The translations under genes were made by a program, and so were the position numbers. A DNA stretch of 64,000 nucleotides from Planctomycetales bacterium (GTDB lineage: Bacteria > 4484-113), in contig JBBIRS010000001.1 of NCBI GenBank assembly GCA_037441675.1, positions 64,001 through 128,000 on the forward strand. Reading direction: 5' to 3'. Shown here one piece after another: positions 26,977 to 35,616 of this stretch. The notes beneath the pieces were generated by a model. That model was not told where the DNA came from and searched no databases. It saw only the letters and a program-made list of their open reading frames with translations. The stretch's first letter is position 1; the number at the start of each line of letters is the position of its first letter.

Positions 26977-29283
26977 ATGAGAAGGGTAACAGCATTAATC
27001 TTCGTTATTTTTTTAATAGCCTCTTGTAGTGGGGCTAAAAGTATTAGCCCGACACCTTCAAAGGACTTAGGAAATTCATCTTTTTCCGTTACTCCTGTTG
27101 AAGTTAAAGGTTCATCTGAATTTTCCGTGAGTCTCAGGGGGGACGAGGCAAATCCAGTCCTTTCCATTCGGGCTGAGAATGCGGATAATCTTCGTGGTGT
27201 TGCTCTCTACGTTATTTTGCCATCCAATGATTATGAAGTAGTTAATGTAGAGTTTTCTGATTTTCTAGGGACACCTGATTCAACCATAACCTTTACCGCA
27301 GACCCACAGGGTAACGAATTGCCAATAGCCCTATTCCGTATTCACCCTGAGGAAGTTACAGGTGTCAGTGGAAGCGGTGAGTTGGCAAAGATTTTCTTGG
27401 AGAAAAGAGAATCTGCTTCTTCCCGCTCGGTTTCCAAAGCGCCCTCCGGTGACAATAACAAAGTTACAGACCTAACCCTCGTTCCTGCTGGTGATAATTT
27501 ATACAACCTTACCTGGAAAGAGAAAAATATAGGCGATTACAACAATAACGGCAAAGTAGAGATCTCCGACGTTTCGCCACTTGCAGCTGAATTTTTGAAA
27601 ACGCGCGCCCAGATGCCCCCGGAAAAGCAAGAGCTTTTTGACATTCTTGATGGCAACGGAAATGACAGAATAGAAATTGGAGACATTGCGCCTCTAGCTG
27701 GAAATTTCTTCTCTGAATGTATTGGTTACGATGTTTACAGTAATGGTAGTTTTATAGGGTTCGCCCCGCGACCTCAGTCTCCGCCAAGAGATTTTCGTGT
27801 TCAGTATCAGTATGGACAGGTTTCTGTATCCGGTGTAACAGAGTTCAATGTTGCGCCAAAGGACAGTCGCGGGAATGTCGGCGTCACGAGTGCTCCCGCG
27901 GTTATTTCTTCCACTGGTGAGCCTCCTTCCGCCCCAACTGGGCTGACCGCTGAGGCTAATGCGGTCATTGGCTTTGGTAAGATAAAACTCACGTGGAACC
28001 GCAACGATGAAGCTGACCTCGCAGGATATCGCATCTATCGTCGTCTTAGTGGAGAGACTTCATTCGGATCTCCTATTGGTGTTAGACCCCCAAGCCAAAC
28101 CTCCTACACGGATACTGACCTGCAGGTTGATACAACCTACGAGTATGCAGTTAGCGCCTACAACACACTTTCGCAAGAATCAGACTTGTCTAGCATTGTT
28201 TCAGCAACTCCATATTATCCCGACCCGCCTATTGCCCCAGTAATATCCGTCACGGGTGATAATCTACCCGAGGGAAGAATTGATGTCAGTTGGAGCTACG
28301 GAGGCAGCCTTGAGTATGTCGTAAACTTTGAATTGGAGAGGAAGGCTGAAGACGAACCAAGCTTCACTCTCTTATCCACGCTAGATAAGTCGGTAACCAC
28401 TTATAACGATACGGGACTAACAATGGGCAAGCTCTACACTTACAGAATTCGTGCACTTGACCAATGGGGCAGAGCGGGAAGCTATTCCAACGAAGACAGT
28501 GACACTCCCGGTGAAGCTCCACCAGAGCCTGCGAACATTATTTCACTCACGACAAATCGCTACACCTTTGGCCCAGAAGGTGGCACCGCTACCCTTACCG
28601 CAGTTGTAGAGCCTTCCGATGCCACGATTCAGTGGTCTGCCACCGCTGGAACCATTTCAGGTTCTGGAAGTGTCGTTACCTGGTCTTCGCCCGGTGGCGG
28701 CGCTCAAAAGGTAACCGTTACTTGCAGTGCATCCGCAGCTGGTGGTGATGACGCGGAGACAATAGACCTCGTTGTTACTACACTTGATCTAATTGCTCCT
28801 GCTCCGCTATTTACCCAGTACTCTTACAATCATCATGCGAACTACCCGTTTGTAAATTACATCAACCAACACCGGGTTATTACGTTAAACTTCTGGGCTT
28901 ATTGGTGTGGCCCTTGCCTTGCGGAGTTTCCATTTATGAGTGCTTTAATAAACAACTACAACTCCGCTGGATATGACCACATAGGTGTGCACATTGATGT
29001 CCGCGACCTAACGTGGGAAGAAATTGAGGATTGGTACGTTAGTTACAACGGTGGTGCCCTTACAAACTGGACCGATTGGTACAGGGATGGTGCCGGCGGT
29101 TGGGATTCACCTGTGTTTGTTGCTTATAGGGCTATCTCTGGCTATCCCGCTGGCATACCGCAAACCTATCTCATTGATAGAGATGGGAATATTAGGTTTA
29201 CATTTTACGGTTCAATTACTGGTGAAAACGAGCGCATTTATGAGAACAACGTTCGTCAGCTTTTAGGTTTGCCACCGCTTTAG
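26977..29283 (+). CDS. Modular lipoprotein: cohesin-like + dockerin-like Ca-binding pair + 2 FN3 + Ig-like + TlpA-type thioredoxin
   Basis: Lipobox IASC. Duplicated motifs GDYNNNGKVEISDVSPLA and DGNGNDRIEIGDIAPLA. FN3 motifs (LTW...GYRIYR...YTDT.L....YEYAVSAY). C-terminal LNFWAYWCGPC..E.P and GIPQTYLIDRDG. A GGAGG RBS precedes the ATG at 26977. Confidence 0.8.
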   Translation: MRRVTALIFVIFLIASCSGAKSISPTPSKDLGNSSFSVTPVEVKGSSEFSVSLRGDEANPVLSIRAENADNLRGVALYVILPSNDYEVVNVEFSDFLGTPDSTITFTADPQGNELPIALFRIHPEEVTGVSGSGELAKIFLEKRESASSRSVSKAPSGDNNKVTDLTLVPAGDNLYNLTWKEKNIGDYNNNGKVEISDVSPLAAEFLKTRAQMPPEKQELFDILDGNGNDRIEIGDIAPLAGNFFSECIGYDVYSNGSFIGFAPRPQSPPRDFRVQYQYGQVSVSGVTEFNVAPKDSRGNVGVTSAPAVISSTGEPPSAPTGLTAEANAVIGFGKIKLTWNRNDEADLAGYRIYRRLSGETSFGSPIGVRPPSQTSYTDTDLQVDTTYEYAVSAYNTLSQESDLSSIVSATPYYPDPPIAPVISVTGDNLPEGRIDVSWSYGGSLEYVVNFELERKAEDEPSFTLLSTLDKSVTTYNDTGLTMGKLYTYRIRALDQWGRAGSYSNEDSDTPGEAPPEPANIISLTTNRYTFGPEGGTATLTAVVEPSDATIQWSATAGTISGSGSVVTWSSPGGGAQKVTVTCSASAAGGDDAETIDLVVTTLDLIAPAPLFTQYSYNHHANYPFVNYINQHRVITLNFWAYWCGPCLAEFPFMSALINNYNSAGYDHIGVHIDVRDLTWEEIEDWYVSYNGGALTNWTDWYRDGAGGWDSPVFVAYRAISGYPAGIPQTYLIDRDGNIRFTFYGSITGENERIYENNVRQLLGLPPL

Positions 29284-29310
29284 CCATAGTGTACGTCTCT
29301 AATACCCATT

Positions 29311-29343
29311 AGGGCGGGGTTTCATCCCCGCCCTTTTCTTTTT
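29311..29343 (+). terminator. Rho-independent terminator
   Basis: Perfect 9-bp stem AGGGCGGGG/CCCCGCCCT with a 6-nt loop, followed by a T-rich tract. Confidence 0.85.
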
Positions 29344-29373
29344 GGTTCAATGTATCATAGGTTCAATGTATCA
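29344..29373. repeat. Tandem 14-bp direct repeat GGTTCAATGTATCA x2
   Basis: Exact copies at 29344-29357 and 29360-29373, separated by TA. Confidence 0.9.
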
Positions 29374-29416
29374 GGGAGTCAAAACGCTTAGGCTTTGTCT
29401 TTGAGATGAGTGCTAT

Positions 29417-31648
29417 TTACAGATGCCTGCCCTGTTCCTCCGAGCCCTTCTCAAAATCCCTAGGCACCAATAGTTCTCTATTCCCTTCCCTATTGGGGGG
29501 GCTTACGACGCCCATCCTCTCCATCTGCTCCATTATCCTAGCCGCGCGGTTGTAACCTATCTTTAGCCTCCTTTGCAGAAGAGAAGTGGATGCCCTTCCA
29601 GCGGAAATTACTATCTCATAAGCTTGGCTATAAAGTGGGTCTAATTCCTCCGAGTCCGTCTCTTCCGCGTCAAGCTCTTCCTCCGTCTCAAGTAGAGAAA
29701 TAGTTCCCAGATACTCAGGTTGAGCCTGACCTCTAACAAAATCTGCAACTCGTTTCACTTCATCTTCACGAACCCATGCACCTTGAATTCGTACCGGCTT
29801 AGCATACCCAACTGGAAAATAGAGCATATCTCCACTTCCAAGCAGTTTTTCAGCCCCAGGCATATCAAGAATAGTTCTGCTATCAATTTGGCTCACTACC
29901 GCAAAGCTAATCCTACTTGGAATGTTCATTTTAATGTTGCCGGTGATAACAGTGGTATCAGGTCTTTGGGTTGCAACGATAAGATGAATGCCGGTGGCAC
30001 GAGCTAGGTGAGCAATCCTAGCTATCAATCTTTCAAAAACAGGACCTGCAGACTTTATTAAATCCGCAAGCTCGTCCACCACGAGTAAAATATACGGAAG
30101 CCTTTCCTCCTCACTAGCCCTCTCATTAAAACCGTCAATGTTTCTAGCTCCGGCCTGTTCAAAAATGATTAAGCGATTTTCCATCTCGGAAACCACCCAT
30201 CTGAGTGCCCCCTGAGCTTCATTTATCGTGTGGACAATAGGCGTTGCCAGATGCGGTATCTCCTTAAAGACGCTTAGCTCAACCCTCTTTGGATCTATTA
30301 GTATGAACCTCACTGTGGCAGGGGTGTTACGATACAGTAGGGAAACTATAATAGAATTTATGCAAACACTCTTTCCGCTTCCTGTGGAGCCTGCAATCAA
30401 TAGGTGATGCATATGGTGGATATTGCCAATCACGGGCTTTCCAGCCAGGTCTCTGCCTACTGGAAAAGCCAGGGGATGAGTGGCGGTGCGTAATTCATGA
30501 GACTCAATTAAAGCTCTGAGAGAAATTTTGTTAAATTTTGAGTTTGGAACTTCTATTCCAACCGCGCTTTTCCCAGGTATTGGCGTATCAAGTCTAACCG
30601 CAGGAACAGCGAGCTCAAGGGCTAAGTTATCCGCTAAATAATGAAGTCTATTAATATTAATGCCAGGACCTATTTTCGCCTCAAATCGGGTTACTCTTGG
30701 TCCTACCTCCCAGCCAAGGACTTGAACGGATATGTTAAACGATGATAGTGTTTTCTCAATAATACTTGCGTTTCGCTTTAATGCTTCCTCTGACACGGGA
30801 GAAAATGGTGTATCTTCTAAAAGCTCTATCGGTGGTAACCTATAATCAACACTCGGAGGCACTACATGAAGCTGTCCCCTTCTCGCATCCATTTTAGTTT
30901 CGGCGGATACATTTGTTTTAGTAGCTGGTGCTTCCATTGAATCTTTCGCCTTAGTACTAAGCTCTTCTATGTCTTCCCCTTGATAGTTGCTTCCAGGTAT
31001 GGTGTGCTCCCAATTTGCTTCTTCCTCATTAAGCGAGATTGTCTCACTTCCTTCAGACTCTTCTTCATCAAAAGTTTCATCTACTAATACATTCTTTAGG
31101 CTTTTTTCTCTCACATTTTGCGAGAACTCCGAAAGCGTCTTCTCAGTTGCTTGAAGGAAAGGAACGATTAAAGCACGACCAGTAAAAAGAACCAGTAGCG
31201 CTACTGTGATAGCGATAGTCACGATTGGATAAAAGATGCCAAGGTAAGGCTCTTTAATGAGCTCTCTAAAGAATCCGCCGACTATTCCACCCGCATTACT
31301 AAATCCGCCACCAAAACTACCAAGCAGTAGGGTAAAGGAGAACAGAAGAATTCCGAATTTGAATATCCATAGCCCCGCTCTCCCGCGAATTTTTAAGGGT
31401 AATGCGGTTAGAGCAATGAGAAGGATTTGAATTGGCACCAAATAGCTCGCTAAGCCAAGGTATCCTACTATGAAATCTCTAATTAGCTGACCTGTTGTCC
31501 CTGTTTTTTCAGGAAATAATAGCACTAAGACGCTGGCTATAAATAATAGGAATAGGGCAAGTGCCAATATATCAAGAAGAACGTCAGGCTTGATCGAAGA
31601 CGCCTTATTACGCCGGCGGGTTTGCCGACTTCTCGCCTTAGAAGGCAT
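29417..31648 (-). CDS. ftsK: DNA translocase FtsK/SpoIIIE
   Basis: N-terminal TMs, PIPGKSAVGIEVPN, HLLIAGSTGSGKS, VVDELADL, ATQRP, GAEKLLGSGDML and the gamma domain LQRRLKIGYNRAAR. Confidence 0.97.
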   Translation of the reverse strand: MPSKARSRQTRRRNKASSIKPDVLLDILALALFLLFIASVLVLLFPEKTGTTGQLIRDFIVGYLGLASYLVPIQILLIALTALPLKIRGRAGLWIFKFGILLFSFTLLLGSFGGGFSNAGGIVGGFFRELIKEPYLGIFYPIVTIAITVALLVLFTGRALIVPFLQATEKTLSEFSQNVREKSLKNVLVDETFDEEESEGSETISLNEEEANWEHTIPGSNYQGEDIEELSTKAKDSMEAPATKTNVSAETKMDARRGQLHVVPPSVDYRLPPIELLEDTPFSPVSEEALKRNASIIEKTLSSFNISVQVLGWEVGPRVTRFEAKIGPGININRLHYLADNLALELAVPAVRLDTPIPGKSAVGIEVPNSKFNKISLRALIESHELRTATHPLAFPVGRDLAGKPVIGNIHHMHHLLIAGSTGSGKSVCINSIIVSLLYRNTPATVRFILIDPKRVELSVFKEIPHLATPIVHTINEAQGALRWVVSEMENRLIIFEQAGARNIDGFNERASEEERLPYILLVVDELADLIKSAGPVFERLIARIAHLARATGIHLIVATQRPDTTVITGNIKMNIPSRISFAVVSQIDSRTILDMPGAEKLLGSGDMLYFPVGYAKPVRIQGAWVREDEVKRVADFVRGQAQPEYLGTISLLETEEELDAEETDSEELDPLYSQAYEIVISAGRASTSLLQRRLKIGYNRAARIMEQMERMGVVSPPNREGNRELLVPRDFEKGSEEQGRHL

Positions 31649-32089
31649 AACCTTAGAATACTATACCAAAAAGCTATTTTCAATGTGAGGTTCTTTATTT
31701 CTTGACTTAATTCGAGAGAGTATTTTTGATTGGGATGAAAGCTTGGGAAAGTATAAATATGGTAGTTGAAACTGCCTAAATAGTGTAAAACCTTGGGGTA
31801 TCCTCTGGTTAAATCGGTAGTTGTTATAGGCAAAAAATTATTTTTTATGGATAGTGCAAATATCAGAAATGTGTGTTATATTATTTAGGCTAGATTAGAA
31901 AAAAAAATTACGGTAGTTATTGCAAGAGGAAAAGATTTACAAAGATGCCGGGAGGATGTCTGTTTAGAGGTTGGCATAAATTACATTCTTGTGTTAAACT
32001 ATATTCGTTAAGTTAGACCTAGCTAGAGTTTGTTGAAATTAAATGGCCTAATAATATTTAGTGTAAATCCGGTAAGGAGGTAAAAGGAG

Positions 32090-33133
32090 TTGAATAAAAG
32101 GAAGGGTTTTACTCTAATTGAATTGCTGGTGGTAATTGTAATCATCGGCATTCTTGTGGCGATAGCTCTACCTAACTTTGTTAAGATTAAAACCAAAGCT
32201 CGTGAAGCAGAAGTCAAGCAAAATCTCCATGCAATCCAGTTAGGTATTGAGCGTTACGCTACAGATAACGAAGGTATCTATCCCTACTTTTTGTACGGCG
32301 GTGACACGTATTTCAACATTGGTACCGCAAAGCACGTTCAGGATTGGCTTGAACCAGGTCCAACAGGGAAACATCCATTTGATATGTTCAATGATGACTC
32401 TCTGCCTGACCCCCATACCTATGGCAAAGTAATTCAGGGAAATAGGGGAAACCTGGGTCAAGAGGGTGCAGAGTTTGGTGATATGTTGGTTTACGAAGGT
32501 TATCTGAACAAGTACCCCACGAACCCATTTCTAACTAAGCGTGCTGGCATACTATACGGAGAGGAAGGTTGGAAGTGGGGTAACTACATTCCATGGAGAG
32601 GCTGTGGTGGTCGCGATGGTCGTTTAATGTTCAATATTGGTTGGTCTGGTGAGGCTCCAACGTATATCGCATATTCTGCTGATGGTGAACCAGCTGACTC
32701 CGTTAAGTTTGAGTTTCCGGGGCAGTTCTATTACCACCCACGCTTTGCTGATAGTGCGAGTAACGCAGACCACTTCGCTGCCCAGAATGCTATTGTTGAT
32801 TTTGGCGGTGGAACGAGCTACATTGAAGCACTTGGGGCAACCGTGAGACCACAGGATGTATGGAACTCAGACGTTTATGGCTATGATTTGCTCGCCTATG
32901 GAGACCCCTCAACTGATGGTATGGACATAGACTATCCAATTCCCAACGTACCTGGCACCTCAAAACAGTATGCAAAGCGCACTGGCTACCTTAACAACAC
33001 TGACGAACGTAACCCATACAACCCAAGCAGCAATCCTCCCCTTCAGCCGCGAACGATACCAGATGGAGTTGCAGACTTCTACATCATTCACTTGAGTAGT
33101 ACTCAGGATGCTAAACCTCAAGGAATTCTCTAA
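32090..33133 (+). CDS. Large type IV pilin / pseudopilin-like protein 1
   Basis: Class III signal KRKG|FTLIELLVVIVIIGILVAIALPNF followed by the helix AREAEVKQNLHAIQ..IERY. An AAGGAG RBS precedes the TTG start. Confidence 0.88.
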   Translation: MNKRKGFTLIELLVVIVIIGILVAIALPNFVKIKTKAREAEVKQNLHAIQLGIERYATDNEGIYPYFLYGGDTYFNIGTAKHVQDWLEPGPTGKHPFDMFNDDSLPDPHTYGKVIQGNRGNLGQEGAEFGDMLVYEGYLNKYPTNPFLTKRAGILYGEEGWKWGNYIPWRGCGGRDGRLMFNIGWSGEAPTYIAYSADGEPADSVKFEFPGQFYYHPRFADSASNADHFAAQNAIVDFGGGTSYIEALGATVRPQDVWNSDVYGYDLLAYGDPSTDGMDIDYPIPNVPGTSKQYAKRTGYLNNTDERNPYNPSSNPPLQPRTIPDGVADFYIIHLSSTQDAKPQGIL

Positions 33134-33169
33134 GTCTAATTATTAATAATTTAGGAGGTGAAAGAGAAA

Positions 33170-34204
33170 ATGCGTTCCCGAAAGGCAAAGGTTTATGAAA
33201 TCAAGGGTTTTACCCTGATTGAGCTTCTGGTTGTTATCGTAATAATCGGTATTCTTGTAGCTATTGCGTTACCCAACTTCGTGCGCGTTAAGGAAAAGGC
33301 TAAGGAGGCGGAGGTCAAACAGAATCTCCATGCAATTCAGCTCGCAGTTGAGCGTTATGCAGTGGATAATCCCTTCGGTAACTATCCCAATTACATTCTT
33401 GGTGGAGACTGGACTGACTCAAAGACGATTAACGAGGACTACTACTACTTCGCCCAACTTGATCAGGTTGACTTTCCTGCTTGGAAGCCTGGTCCAGACT
33501 TTGCTCCTGGAGGTGAGGGCGACTATCTCATTATGGAAGGTTATATGGCAGTCTACCCCAAGAACCCATTCGTTAAAACCGGTCAGGTGAGTAACTTACG
33601 TCAGATTTGGAACTGGTCTGTCTGGAGAGGCTCGCAATTTCAGCGTGTTGTTGGTGGAACTGAAAACGAAACAATGGCTGAAGTGTTTGGTCCACCACCG
33701 GTTCAGGTTTTTATCGATATAGGAATGGGTGGCGATCTTTACGTAATTCCACCATATCCAGACCCCAATCCTGGATTGGGTCTATGGGAAAGTGACCCAT
33801 ATAAAGACGTTTGGAGTGACCCGGATGCTCTGAAGAAGCCAGGAAGTAGACTTCTTGTTGGAAACTTCTCATACTACTCCAGGGTAACAGTAAATGGTTG
33901 GCTCCTAGCGAATGGTGCCCAGGATGTTAACGGCTATACTCTTGCCGCGTATGGTGCTTTAGGTAATCTCGGTTGGGATGTATACGATAGAAACGGGAAT
34001 TACTTCCCCGCATATAGAACCGCTACTTGCCCATTTAGAAATGCCTTTGGTGGTGGTGCTTGGTTGCCATGCCCAAGTGAGGGTGAAGCCAACAACCACG
34101 ATAGGTCACGTGGTGGTCCCGATACTCTTCCTGATGGTGTGATTATCGTTCTTGACTCTGGTGTAGATAAGAAGAGTATGAACGAAGTGGGCGAGGTCGG
34201 CTAA
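33170..34204 (+). CDS. Large type IV pilin / pseudopilin-like protein 2 (paralog of the upstream gene)
   Basis: KG|FTLIELLVVIVIIGILVAIALPNF...AKEAEVKQNLHAIQLAVERY. An AGGAGGTG RBS favours the ATG at 33170. Confidence 0.88.
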   Translation: MRSRKAKVYEIKGFTLIELLVVIVIIGILVAIALPNFVRVKEKAKEAEVKQNLHAIQLAVERYAVDNPFGNYPNYILGGDWTDSKTINEDYYYFAQLDQVDFPAWKPGPDFAPGGEGDYLIMEGYMAVYPKNPFVKTGQVSNLRQIWNWSVWRGSQFQRVVGGTENETMAEVFGPPPVQVFIDIGMGGDLYVIPPYPDPNPGLGLWESDPYKDVWSDPDALKKPGSRLLVGNFSYYSRVTVNGWLLANGAQDVNGYTLAAYGALGNLGWDVYDRNGNYFPAYRTATCPFRNAFGGGAWLPCPSEGEANNHDRSRGGPDTLPDGVIIVLDSGVDKKSMNEVGEVG

Positions 34205-34237
34205 GCTAAAGAGTTCGTTTTTCGAGAAGGAACAGAA

Positions 34238-34288
34238 AAAAGCTCGGGTTTCCCATAGTGGGAAATCCTGAGCTTTTGCTTTTTTTTT
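34238..34288 (+). terminator. Rho-independent terminator after the pilin pair (possibly bidirectional)
   Basis: Long imperfect hairpin AAAAGCTCGGGTTTCCCA-TAG-TGGGAAATCCTGAGCTTTT with a T run downstream and an A run upstream. Confidence 0.8.
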
Positions 34289-34468
34289 ATACTTTCGTAG
34301 GGTGTAAGTAACTCTTTAGTCAATCTCCAGCTGTTGACGAAAAAGCCATGCCTATTAGGTCAAATAAGACTCACTTATAGTAAGGTTTTTAACGGGAAAA
34401 GCCTATATCTAGAGCATTCTTAAAGAAAAAGAGGGAATAAAGCTGAAGCTGAAGGTGAGGTATATTTC

Positions 34469-35398
34469 TTAGAACTTTAACATTATCTCCTTAATCCTAG
34501 CTGTTAACTCAAGTGCCTCATCTAATTTCCTCTGCCACATATTTCTTCCGAATATTAAACCAGTAGCCCCAGCTGACATTGATTCCTCAACTTTTTCAAG
34601 AAGTTCTTCATCGCTTATCTTTCCTCCACCTGAGACAAGGACGAAGGTTTTGCCCGCAGATTCAACTACCATCATAAATGCCTCCCTAGGAGTCAGGCTT
34701 AGCTCGCAATAAGGTTTAGGGGAGTCCTTATCCTTTTCTGGATTAATCTTAGGGAAATTGACCTTAACGACATCAGCGCCCATTTCCTGAGCCATTCTAG
34801 CTGCGTAATCAACTGCGTATAAGCTGTCTCTTCCACCTTTTCTTTCAATGGCTTCCCCACGAGGGTAAGCCCAAACTATGAGAGGCATGCCGAAACGGTC
34901 GCAATCCTCCCTAACCTTGGCAAGCTGAGCAATATCTCTATCCTGAGCTGGACTACCGACGTAAAGAGTATAACCGACCGCATCCGCCCCAAGCCTAACA
35001 GCGTCTTCCACACTTGCGGTAAGCGGACTAAAAGCATGCGCGTCGGAAGGAATATTCGTTTTGCCGTTTATCTTTAATATCAGTGGGACATCGCCTGCGT
35101 AATTATGTAGGAATTTACTAGCCAAACCGATGTGCAGTGCAATGGCGGAATAGCCCCCCTCTTTTGCCAGGGTATACTGATAATCCGGAAACTTACTCTC
35201 CGGGTTGGCGAAGAAATCCACTGGTCCATGCTCCACACCCTGATCTATTGGAAGAACCAAGAGCTTGCCGTTCTTCAATCCATGCTCGTACATCATTCTG
35301 TGTAGCCTAACCTTCTTACCTGTGCTGAGCCCTAAATTTTCAAGGGTTGGACGACTATAATATGTAGTCACCTGAGTTAGCTCACGAACTCTGGCCAT
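34469..35398 (-). CDS. Class I fructose-bisphosphate aldolase (DhnA/FbaB family)
   Basis: Motifs LPIDQGVEHGP, AVRLGADAVGYTLYVGS, WAYPRG, GADVVKV, SGG and GLIFGRNMWQR. Confidence 0.92.
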   Translation of the reverse strand: MARVRELTQVTTYYSRPTLENLGLSTGKKVRLHRMMYEHGLKNGKLLVLPIDQGVEHGPVDFFANPESKFPDYQYTLAKEGGYSAIALHIGLASKFLHNYAGDVPLILKINGKTNIPSDAHAFSPLTASVEDAVRLGADAVGYTLYVGSPAQDRDIAQLAKVREDCDRFGMPLIVWAYPRGEAIERKGGRDSLYAVDYAARMAQEMGADVVKVNFPKINPEKDKDSPKPYCELSLTPREAFMMVVESAGKTFVLVSGGGKISDEELLEKVEESMSAGATGLIFGRNMWQRKLDEALELTARIKEIMLKF

Positions 35399-35616
35399 AT
35401 ATTATTTTCCTCCCGGAAAAAACGCCTTACGTTCAATTCTTATCTTACCATAAATTTATCATCCCGCATAAATGTAGTTTATTCTGGTCTTATCTTGATT
35501 TCATTAAGTATCTTTGTTCACTCATTCAAGCTAACCTCATCTCTTAATAGCTTCATCTATCTTAAGCGACTAAAAAGCTCATTCTCTCAGAAGATAGCGA
35601 AAGGACATGGTAAAAG

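Noticed and set aside
29344..29373. Possible mini-CRISPR
   Set aside because: There are only two 14-bp units with a 2-bp spacer, and no cas genes.
31971..31990. TTGGCATAAATTACAT, a possible sigma54 promoter upstream of the pilins
   Set aside because: The GC at -12 required by GG-N10-GC is missing.
35521..35534. CTCATTCAAGCTAA also occurs at 46631-46644, and both copies are intergenic
   Set aside because: A single 14-bp match is expected by chance in a 64-kb AT-rich window, and the flanks share no structure.
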